Below, in pieces: positions 30,801-42,800 of a stretch of 61,072 nucleotides of DNA. Origin of the DNA: Candidatus Omnitrophota bacterium (GTDB taxonomy: Bacteria; Omnitrophota; Omnitrophia; Omnitrophales; Aquincolibacteriaceae); assembly GCA_043732705.1 (NCBI GenBank), contig JAYTHE010000034.1, forward strand, positions 1 through 61,072. The letters run 5' to 3'. The translations under genes were made by a program, and so were the position numbers. Within the stretch, counting starts at the first letter, position 1; each line of letters opens with the position of its first letter. The notes beneath the pieces are model-generated. The model saw only the letters and a list, made by a program, of their open reading frames with translations, had not been told where the DNA came from and searched no databases.

Positions 30801-33800
30801 AATGCGCGAACAAACAACGGTAGAAGAGGCGCTTCAAAAGACGCGTGAAGAGCATTCAAAACTAGTCCAGCAACATTCCAGCATGGAAGCCTTGGCTGAA
30901 TCGCTCGGAGACGCAATTGACCTGACTATGACTGCGGGTCCCGTTGCTGTCGCGGCTGAGGTCATTCAATTGCTTGAAAAGGAATTACGGGAAATCATCG
31001 CCGCGGAAGAAGCCAGAAAAGCCGCTCTCGCCGCGCAAGGCGGGAAACTTGATCTCGCTAAGTTGCTCGCAGATACAGAAGCGGAACTTGCTGATCTCAA
31101 GGGGACTGGCGCCGGTGTGCCTGTCCCCGATGCGGATTCGGAAACTATCCCCAGCGTAAAGCCCACACAACAAAAATATAAATTTGTTCGAAGAGAGAAA
31201 AAAAACATTCGGGCAGGGATAGCAAATAAAAACTTTGCTGGAATAACAGTCTCCGCTAGCAAAGACCGGCTTTATGTTGGCCACAAAAATCTGCCAGATT
31301 ATTTAGTGGAGTTTATAGCTCGCCCTGACAAGGCAGGTTTGCCCAATACAGTAATATTTATTAACGGCGGTGCGCACAGGTCTGACAATCATATTCTGGA
31401 TTTTGCAATCACAGGTTTTCAGAAAAAAGATAAAAAATATATTTACGAAATAACACTTATTGCAGAAAATAAAAATTACACGCCCGAGAAGCCGCAAATA
31501 ATTCGTAAGGGCAATGCTCTATTTGTAGTCAAAACCTTCTCTCAATCCGAAGCTGAAGATCGCGGCGACGAGCTTCAAAAGTATTTCAAATTTGAGAAGG
31601 TTGGCGATGAATCAGTAGTTTCAACGATTCCAAAATGGAATACGAATCAAGATTTGATGATCGCTTCCCCAAATGGAAAAGGTGTGATCCGATTTGAATT
31701 TCAGACCGAGGGGCGGTTAGGAAAACATGCCTTGGGGGTTAAAGGAAAAATATTTTCTGATGAAAAAAGTAAAAAAGAGGAACATTGGAACGCTGAAAAT
31801 GTGGGTGTAACCATCGCTGGCTTTGTGACAGCGATTTTTGATCCGGCGGATAAGACGCTTTGGATCGTTAGTGATGAATGGAATGATGGGAGCATCAAGG
31901 CTGTTCCGGCTAAAGCAAAATCCGAGCAAGTCACTCATTTAGAGCTGCATCCCAAGACCGGAAACCCGATTATTATTCCTATCCGCCGTATCGGAACCAA
32001 AGAAGTTCTTGCCAATTGGGATAAATTTAAAAATCTCTTACCGCAAGACGCAGAGGCGAATTCAAAATCGATCGTGACGGCGTGGGTAAGTGAGCTTATA
32101 GATTCATTGCCAAAAGGTAAGACCGTTTCAATGAGGCCTAACGTCGTATCTGGATTTGCCAGTGATGAACAGCTTACAAGACTTAAACAAGCTTTAGGCC
32201 TTCAAACCGCCCCGCACAAAGATGCTGTTTTTGGATATGGCGAAGAAATGCGTAGTGACTATCTGATTTTTAACGTTACCGTAGGTTCAGGGGGTAGCGC
32301 GAAGGAAGAATTGGTTTTATGGTATCAAAAAGACGGTAAAGAGTATTGGCTTTGGCTGAAAGGAATTAGTAAAACAAAACTCATTACCAATCTGGGCGTT
32401 TTTGCATTAACAGGGCAGTTCCATCCCTCCATTTTGAAGCAGTGGCTGGAAAAAAGAAATTCAAAATCGCTTGCAATGGATATTTTGAAAAACCTTCCAG
32501 GCAACTGGACAGATAGCACTTGGGAGGGGGCGCCTTCTACAAAACACAAAACCATGTGGTTTGGCAAAGAAGCAAAATCAACGGATGTTAGCTTTATGGC
32601 CAAGGAAGAGAATGATCAGGATAATGGTGATTGGGAATTAACTGTTAATGCAGGCGAGCTTAGAATCTATTGGCATCAGGATCGGAATATTTTGGAAATA
32701 GGCGGCGAAGACGTATCTCTTCCAAATAATCCGCTTGTGGATGTGACGTATGACAAAGACCAAAAAACGGCAACATTGGTTTTAGATGAAGATGCCAAAG
32801 TTGCAATTGCAACGACATTGGACGTAAAAGATTCCGTCAGAAAAACACGTGTCATGGCCTCACGTGGAAAATTGGGTTTTAAACTTGCATTTGCCGATTC
32901 CGCAACTTACCAATCTCCGAATCAATCACAGAAACGTTCTGAGCTTCGAAGTCGTCAGTCCTCAGTATTCAGTTTTCAGGCGGCGTTGAATTTTTATCCG
33001 GCTTTGGTTTCGAGTCTGCTCAGTCGTGAGTTAATGGGGGGAAGCGCAACGCGAACCACGTCTTTAAGAGATTCAACACTGGTTTCAACGCGTGACAAGC
33101 GATCTTTGACATCGCGCATATCTTCGCGAAGCGGAACAACGACTTCGGTTAGTAATTGGATCTTGGTTTCAATGTTCTCAAGCATGGCGCCGACTTCGGT
33201 CGTTGTGAATGTATTCTTCATGATTGCTTATCCAACTTTTGTTTCGAGCTTTGTCAGCCGCAAGTTGATAGCGGGAATGGCAGAGTTAATGGAGGGAATG
33301 CCAACGCGCACAACATCTTCAAACGAGCCGACACGTGTTTCAAGCCGTTCAAGCCGATTTTCAACAGCGGAAAGCCGCTCTGGAAGTGGGGCAACAACTT
33401 CTATAACGACACGAAAATCCGCGCGCAAACTTTCAATGAGCGTTGCTACTTCACCGGACGTAAATTTATCTTCGGACATTCTTTTTTCCTCCAAATGGAA
33501 GGTCAATATGCCGCAAAATAGCGGTCTTGTAAATATATATTTATCATATAATATTATTGTGTTATTTGCATATTTAGCTTTTGCAAGTCTTCAGCGCTTA
33601 GCGTCCAGCGTTAAGCATTCTTCGGGCCTTCGGTCTCGCCTGCTTGCCGATCAGGCAGGGGGCTTGGGCCTATTTCAGCGCTCGGAAGTGCGTACGGCTG
33701 CTGAAATTGAGACGCGCATCGCCGAGCTCGAAGAGCGCAAGGCTTGGATTTTGGAAGCAATGGCACTTGAAAATACCGAGTACCAAGTACCGAGTACCGC

Positions 33801-36800
33801 GGCAACGGGGACTGGCGCCGGTGTGCCTGCCCCCAATCGTTTCAGCGAATTGGATGAATTTCATTTGCCCCAGCTAACCAAGATGGAATCGGCTAGCTCT
33901 ATTTTGGAATATGGCAAACTTCCTGAAAAAATGAATGGGGGCGATGGAGGAGTGCAGGTGTTGGTTAATTTAGGTAATGGCCTCGCTCTGGCAGGAACAT
34001 CTGAAGGCAGTGTTGCTTTAATTAGGGCCAAGTTGAAAGGGGTGAATGAGAATGAGCCGATCGTAGTAATTGAAGAATTGAATTTAGATACGAATGATAG
34101 GGTGAGTTCTCTGACTTACTTGGGTGATGGCCTAGTCTTGGCAGGAACGAATGAAGTAAAAATTTATTTAGTAAAAATTGATCCTCAAGCAAAAAAGAGA
34201 CAGCGGCTTAAAAAGATTGGAGATTTGTCCCTGTCATCCGGAATCGTACAATCTTTAATTTATTTAGGCAATGGCTTTGCGTTGGCAGGCACAGGGAGTA
34301 AAGAGCTTTTCTTAATCAAAGTTCATTCGAGCGCCGAGAAGAAGCACCAGCTTGAAGTGATCGAAACACTCAGTGAAGTAGCGAATGGCTGGATAAATGC
34401 TCTAACTTATTTGGGAGATGGTTTTGTCTTAGGGGGCAGCAGAAAACCTGACGGCCAAGTCTTTTTAGTTAAAATCAATCCTGAGGCTGAAGCAGGTAAA
34501 CGTTTTCAAAAGATCGCAACATTGGGCAGAAGTTCGGATGAGAGTGTGACGGCTTTGACGGACTTGCGTAATGGCTTTGCCTTGATGGGATTAGGGAAAA
34601 AAATTTCTTTAATTAAGGTTAGTCCTAGTGCGGGTGAGAAACAGCGGCTTCAAGTGATTGAGAGTTTGCCCAAAAATTTTTACGGATCGGTGAGAACGTT
34701 GACGCATCTAGGCAATGGCTTTGTTTTGGCGGGGATGGATGATGGGAAAATTTGCTTGATTGGGGCCAATCCTAAAGCAAGAAAGGGGCAACGGCTTAAA
34801 GTGATTGAAAGTTTGTCCGGGGATATAGAAAGCGATGTGCGGGCTTCAGCTTATTTGGGGGATGGCTTTGCGTTGATGGGGACGGGGAGGGGGCGGCGAG
34901 GGGAGAACCAAATTTTTGTAATTAAGATTCAGGGAAAAGTCGAAGCTTCGAAAGTTGCTGGGACCCATTCGGCAAGCTCAGGGCAGACTGGCGCCGGTGT
35001 GCCTGTCCCCAGTGAGTCGACATACAAAATTATAAAGCCGCGCGGGGCAAAATCAATTGCTATGGAAAACGGCACCCTTGTTTTTCGTCCAGATATGAGA
35101 CCTGTACACATTCAGTATTATTATACTTTTCAGGGAGACCCATCGAGGCAGGATACGAATTTCCCAGGCATTGAAGATTTTATCAATGCATTTAAGGTGG
35201 GAAAGAAAGTTTATGCAATCGTGAAAAATGGTTCCCAAACGAAAGATGAAAAAAAATATCCAAAAAAAGCCGGGAGCGCCAGAAAAGGGAAAGACCAAAT
35301 TTCTCTTGTTTACTGGACCGAATCTGAAGCGCTAATACCCGAAAATGTGGCGAAAGTCAAAGCCGCCGTTAGCCCCGAAGTTTTCAATGAAATTTATAAA
35401 CCGGTGGAGACCCATTCGGCAGGCTCAGGGCAGGCTGGCGCCGGTGTGCCTGTCCCCGTTGTTGTCTCCGATCAGAAAGCATTGAAACCCATCATCGAAG
35501 AAAAGACCGCCAAACTTAACGCGCAAGTTGATATTCATGCCGAGTACAGCGTGGTCCTAGGCGATGGCAGAATTAAGATCTGGACACAGCCGCGTAAGTC
35601 TTTTGTGCTTAACAACAAATTTAAAAATGTTTTGGGCATGGAATGGATTCCAACCGGAAAAAAAGATAAGCCATGGATGTTGGTTGTCATTGGAAGAGAT
35701 GATAATTGGACGATCCTAGTGGATCAAAGAGGACAGCCGCAATCAACCGAACGCCCTTTATTTCAAAATCCAGCAAAGAACGTTAAAAATTACAAAATTT
35801 ATAAACATGCCACGAACAAGAATCACTACGGACTGGCTTTAATACAGGCAGACGGCAAGGTCAAGATTTGGAATTTGGTGCGAGGCGATGTGACCAGTAA
35901 TGAACTTATAACGACGGATTTAAAAGACGTTCCGGAATATAAAAATGGATTAGTTTCACAAATGAAAGTTAAAAAAGCCCTCGCGCCTTCGGCCTCCGGC
36001 CGCGGGGCTACTCCTGCACCCATCGTCGAGCCTAAAGAAGTTAAGCTTCTTCAGGGCCTTTTAAATGCGCGCGCGGAATACGATCCGGCTACAGGAGATG
36101 TCAATCTTGCCATAGTAGACATGACTGCGGTTCCTGCCAGAGTTGTCGGAGAGGGCCGAGTTACCCGATTAGAATCATTGTTAGGTTTGGAATGGGCTCC
36201 ATTTCAAGTAACCGAACCGGTGGGGAAGGAAATATTGCTCATGATTGCGGAAGGTAATGTCGCAACGGTCATGGTGAACCCCGACGGCAATTTAGGAGGG
36301 TTGCAAACCGTGCCCTTTTTGGCTGACAAACCTATTCAAAATTATAAGCTTTATGCATACAGCGATACTGAAGTCGCAGTGCAAATTAATTTTGAAGATG
36401 GTTCAAATCATATTTTAATCATGAAAAACAATGGTTTCTTATATGAACCTAAAACCGCAATCAATTTGACCGGTAAAAAGCCGATTTCACACCCCATGAA
36501 AGTTGCGCCTCCTCCGTTGCCGGTATCTGCGCCAAAAGCAATTTCCAAAACAACAACTTTTGCAGGGAAACGCTTTACGGCTTCGGTTGATCAAAACAAT
36601 GCTGATACGGTTCATATTCAAGTTGGTGCGAGAGAGCATTTTTTTGGGGCTGGAAATGTTCAGGCCTTTGAGTGGATTGTTTCAAAGATTGATAAAACAC
36701 CGCCGGTCGAACAAATAGGATTGCTCATTGTTGGTAAAAAGGAATTTGATTTTATATTTTTTAATACTCAAACCTCCTTACCATTTTCCCCTCATCATCA

Positions 36801-39800
36801 TGAGTTTGACCAAGCAATTACAGGATATGAAATATTAAAAATATCGGCGGAAACGCATGCGGTTATTTTGAAATTTCAAGATGGATCACGAAGCGCGTGG
36901 AAAATAACGACTGATGCAATTGTTTTTGAGCAAGAAGTGACGGCGATGGATCTCGCTCAAGTGCCGAAAGGTAAACCGATTTATCAAGGTAATTTTCAAC
37001 CAGCCACTTCAACCGCCGCGGTTGCATCCACACCGGGGACAGACCCCGTTCCCAAACCTGCTCTCGGGTCTCCGGTCTCGGGTCTCCGGTCTAACATTAG
37101 TGATTGGCAAAAAGAAATTTACGAAACCCTGATCGATCTGATTCAGACAGACATTGCGTTGGACGAAAGACAACAGCCGGACGGCACAAAAGCGCATTTG
37201 CCTGAATCTGGGTTAATTTCAAAAAGCGGGGCAGTGCCAAAATACCATGTAAAAGAATGGAATGGCGAGAGCGTTTATATTGATAGACCTGCGCCGAGGT
37301 ATAGCCACAACAGTCAATATGGGCTTAAGCAGTCGGACTCCGGTCATATTTATATTCACCCCACTTGGGATATGAGCGACACGTATGATTTTAGAAAAAA
37401 AATTCATCGCTCTGATATTTTACAGGTAATTAATCGTGAAGAGAAAGGAGACGAAGGTAAGCACGAATTGTATGTTGTTATCAAGGACAACGTTTTAATA
37501 GATGGTTGGCCAAGAAAATTTGGATGGTTACATACTGAATGGAAAGTCCATTATGTAACCGAAGCTGAAGCGGTCAAGGATTATGAAAAATATAAAAAGC
37601 TGGGCATTAGGTTTAAGGAAATCCCGGCACAGCAGACCAACGACTACCGACTACCGACTACCGACACATCGACGGCGGGCCCGCCGGCACAAAAGTCTTT
37701 AGTCGTTAGTCCTCAGTCTGTAGTCTTAGCGAAGCGCAAAGCGCTTTTGCTTGAAAAACTCGCGATTGAAAAAGAACTTGCTACGCAGGTATCAGACACG
37801 ACGGCGGTGGTGCCTGACACCTATGCGCCTATTGCTTCGACAACGCTTGCGGATCTACAAGCACGTCTTGATGCTGTTAATAAACAAATTCAAAAGAAGC
37901 ACCAATTTATTGAGAAAACAGGCTCAACAGGCAGAAGAGATGAAGCTCTTGTAATTTTGCATGAGTTAGAAGCCGAGCAAAAAGAGCTTCTTGAGAAAAT
38001 CTCGGCAATGAGTTCTGCAACCCGTCCACCTCCCGGTGGTGGACAGGCTTTTCAATTTCCGCCGGAATTTCGCGTGGAGCCGAAACAGAAATTGGAATTT
38101 GAGATCGAATCCAATTCTAAATCTTGGGTGCTCGTTAAACAGGCTGAATTGGATTTTTTTGGCGACAAAAGTGCGCTTCCAATCTCTAACAACGAGATGG
38201 ATATAGAAATCCCCATGGAATTTCGTCTCAAGTTTATTCACATTGCTTTTGACGGGAAAAATACGGTTTATGTGGTTGTTCCGGATGGTTCGAATTTAAA
38301 GGGTGTCGGGCAATATTACAAAACCGAAATTGAATTTAAAAAGCCTCAAAAAAATTTACATCTTGAATACATGACGGAGTCCCAAGCCATTGCTAATAAA
38401 TCCAAGCTTGAAAAATGGATCGAGTTTAAAGAAGCCTCCGCTGCTTTGGGGCGACCTTGGAAGCAGTTGCAATTACAGGGGCTGACGCCGATTGTTTTCA
38501 TGGAAGGAAAAGACGGAGATCAAATGGCTGTTTCAGTGCACTTTTCCAATAATCTCTATTTGCATTTGATGAAAGATGGTAGAACGCATAGCCTGCGTGA
38601 CACCCAGATTCTCGCAAAAGATGTCGCGCAGATTTTCTATGATGTTAAAAATAATAAAACCTGCGTTATCGTGAAAGATGGTGTTTTAAAACCTGCTTCC
38701 ACAAACGCAATTACTTTTTTAACTGAAGATGAAGCCGTTCAAATGCTTGCTGCCACGGCAGGGGACAGAGCCCTGGTCGCTGGCTCTGTCCCCCATGGTT
38801 CCAAGGAAACATCCGAGTCTCCGGTCTCCAGTCTCATTCAGCGCCGCGAAGAAATTATCGCTGCACTTGCGAGGTTAGATTCTTCCGGGGTCAGAGCTCT
38901 GGTTGGCAGCTCTGTCCCCAATGCTTCACTCGGTACTAAACAACATGCGCTGAATGTTTTAAATAGTTTGTCGGAAGCAATTTGGGAGAAGACTGATATA
39001 GAGGGTGCGGCTGCCTATGGCGCACAAATGAGGGAAGAGGTCAAAAGAGGCCTGCTTGGTTTTGTGGCTGAAAAAGAAAGTGAGTCGAATTTTGGAAAGT
39101 GGGCGCTCCAAACTGCAGGCGGCGGCCCCAAAATTAGCGAGATGTTGAATTACTACTATGTTTGGCACCCGACATCATCCGAGTTTCATATTTTAGAAAC
39201 GGAAATCAAGCTTTCTCAAGACCCGCTTGTGGATGTGGTTTATGACGAAAACACTAAAACCGCAAAACTCATTTTAGATCAGTCGGCCGAAGCTCAAATT
39301 CGAAAAGCCATGACCGGCAAGGAAGGCCTGACTCTTTCACCGACAGATAAAAATTTTGGCATTGAACTTGTTTTTGTTAGCCCCGCCACTTACGTTTCGC
39401 CGAATAATGCTAAGCCTTCGCCGATTGTTGTACCTTTCACATTCGGAGCCAAAGAGCATGCGATGAATGTATTTAAATCTCTCCCCCAAGTTTGGGAAAA
39501 ATCAAAAGATACGGAAGGTTATGACCAGGCGCGTGAAGTAGAGAAGGGTCCTTGGATTACGAAGATGTTTGTTATGGATTCAAAGCAGGGGGCATTGGGG
39601 AACTGGAGATTAAAAAAAGGACATGTGAATAGGGGATATAGCGTTTTTAAATGGGATGAAGCTTTGAGCGAGTTAGACCTGAGTTTTGATGGCAGTGAGA
39701 AAGTGAAACTCAGCCAAAATCCTTTGATTGATGTTGTCACTCAAGATGGCACCGTGAAGCTGGTTTTGGACATAGCAAGTAAATTGCCAATTGATAAGCT

Positions 39801-42800
39801 TAGAGGGAAAAATAATCCGATTGAAAGAGTAAACACCCCAAAATCTGCTGACACAAATATAGGATTCGAAATTGTCTTTGCGGATCCCGCCACTTATGTT
39901 TCGCCGAATGCCGCGCGTTCTGAACTTCGAAGTCGTCAGTCTTTAGTCGTCAGTCTTCAGTCGGCTCGCAGTGAAATGCGTGAACAAACAACCGTAGAAG
40001 AGGCACTGCAAAAGGCGCGTGATGAGCATTCCCAACTAGTTCAGCAACATTCCAGCATGCAAGCATTGGCTGAATCGCTCGGAGACGCAATTGACCTAGC
40101 TGTGACCGCGGGTCCGGTTGCTGTGGCAGCGGAAGCTATTCGATTGCTTGAAGATAAATTGCGCGAAATTATCGAAGCAAAGAACAAAGTTCCCGGGGCC
40201 GAACGCTGGATTACACTCCTCGCCGCGAAAGAAAAAGAACTTGCGGAATTGAAAGCCTTGTTGGGGACTGACCCCAATGCCGGTTTGGGAACGGGGTCTG
40301 TCCCCAACGCTCAACCCAAAACGGTAGTTGCCGCAGAACCTCAGCCGATCATTGAAGATAAATATGCAAAACTTAATGGAATAAATAACGCGCGGGCGAG
40401 TTATTCTCACGACTTTTCAGTAATCTCAATAACTGTGATTGACGATATCCCAACGTTAATAAGCGGGTCGCACACTATTCCCGGTAAATTTGAAAATGTC
40501 CTTGGAATGGAATGGCTTCCGACGGGGAAAACGGATAGGCCCTGGATGCTTGTCGTGATTGGTAAGGAGGAGTTTTGGACAATTCTTGTGGATGGAAAAG
40601 GTGCGCCGCAATCGCCTGTCTCACATACTCCCGTACAAACTGGGCACGTAATTAAAAACTGGGAGATTTATAAACAAAATTTAGAGCAAGGGTCTCCAAA
40701 TAAACATAGTTTTTTACTCGTTTTTGATGGAAATGCCCGGAAAGTTTTGACCTACTACAGCGTCGTCGATGGCGACGTGAGATTTGTCAATAATGGGGTG
40801 GTTGGCCCAAAACATGAGCTTTTCGCAAAAATGAAAGTTGCGCAGGAGAAGCTAGAGCCTGAACCGATTATTGAAATTAAGATGGCGGATCTTAATGCGA
40901 CACAGCAAGTGCGGACGGATTATTGGGCCACTAAAATAAGTTTGAATGTGTTAAACAATGGTAAGAGAGTGGCTCGGCATGAAATTCCTGGGGCATTTGA
41001 AAATATTCTTGGTATGGAATGGCTTCCGACGGGGAAAACGGATATGCCATGGATGCTTGTCGTGATTGGTAAGGAGGAGTTTTGGACAATTCTTGTGGAT
41101 AAGGCAGCTGTGCCGCAATCACCGGAATCCCATGCGCTCACCTCCGAGGGTGTCCAATACAAGAACTGGGAAATTCGTCAATGGAACCACGGGCCCCAAA
41201 ATTATTTTCTGATGCTAAAAGACAGTGCGGGAAAAAATTTGCCTTATGCTTTTATTGATGGCCAAGTGAACCCTTACAACAGCGAGGCAAACTTAGGTCC
41301 CCATCATTCTCTATACACAAAAATGAAGGTTGCGGATGTCGCGGCATCGGATGCAGTTCTCAGCGCTGCACCGCAAAAAAGATTAATGCCCTTAGGCGCT
41401 TTGCCGATTTATTTGCGACCCAAAGTGACAGTAGGTTCAGGTGAAGAATTAATTTTGTCCGGCAGCAAAGATGATGACGCGCTTTTACTTGTTTTTAAGC
41501 AAGTTGGAGCTGTTCCCAACTCCGAATCTATCGAGGCGCTTCAAGACAAGCGTGATTTAATTCAAGCGGGTTATGATCCGGCGCAAAATAAAGTTTATAT
41601 CGTTGTTTCCAATCAACCGCGTGTTCAAAATCAAAGTCAGGTTGCCGCGAAATCAAGTACGACAACATGGGGCACCACGATAGAATATTTAACTCAATCT
41701 GAGGCGCTCAAACGCCACGATGAATTTAAAAGTAAAAATATTCTGAAATACGTAGAGGTTCCTACAGAAGCCATGGCCGCTTCCTCCCTCGGTTCTCCGG
41801 CCTCGGGCCTCCGGTCTCGTATCGCTGCGTTAGAAACAGAAATCGCGCGTCTCAAAGATTTGATCGCCACATATGAAAAACGCGCGAAGGTTATCAATGA
41901 AATGACCGCCCTTGAAGCGCGAATCACCGGGGACAGAGCTCTGGTCGGCAGCTCTGTCCCAAATGTTCCCTCCGCTGTCGCACCTCAAAAGCAATTGAAA
42001 AAATGGGATGGTAAGGATACAGGTCTGGTCAAGAAAAAGGGCAATACAATTACGATCAAAAGCGTCGTGAATGTGAAAATTCGTCCAGATCAAATTGCCC
42101 AACTGCATGATGATAAGGTGGGTGCGCTGACGATTGTTGTGGCAGACGACGTTGTTACGACTGATTTTCCTCAAGGAGTAGATGGCTATGTCATTAGGTG
42201 GATTAAGGAGGAAGAAGTTAGAAATCATCCGGAACAATTTTCATATCTTGCTTTTGAAAGTGGCCCGATCGCGGGCGCAACCCAAAAGCAACTTATTAAA
42301 TGGGATGGTGAGACGCTGGTTAAAATTGCAACCAATTGGGATTTGACCTATGCTTCTCCCGGAGTTGGGGAGATTGTAAATAGCATGGGCAGTAGGTTTG
42401 AGTTGCCCGTGCCTCTTCAAAGTATTTTGCAGGTTAAGCCTGATCGATCGACCAATGACTTTGTTGTTTTAGTGGACGAAGCAGTGGATATTGCAAACTT
42501 ACCTGCCTCGATTCATGCCAAAAATAACTCGACCTCAATTACAGTGCGTTGGATAAAACCCAGACAGCTTGAAACCCTCGAAGATGGACGTTTGGCAGCG
42601 CCATCCATGGCGACAGGCCCACTGGCCGAATATGCTGAACGAGTCGTATTTGATACTGAAGATGTTTCTGTTGAACCCACAGGGGACAGAGCTCTGGTCG
42701 ACAGCTCTGTCCCCGATGCTGTCGTTGCCACTCAAAAACGATTAATACCGATGCCGCGGGATGGTAAGAAGCAAGTTCTGGGTTCAACTAAGACGGGCAT

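Noticed and set aside
33679-33770. An independent start for a second giant gene after the antisense cassette (GTG 33688 or ATG 33759)
   Set aside because: Neither candidate has a convincing Shine-Dalgarno, and the frame is continuous from 18820. I kept this as an open alternative in the findings rather than annotating two genes.
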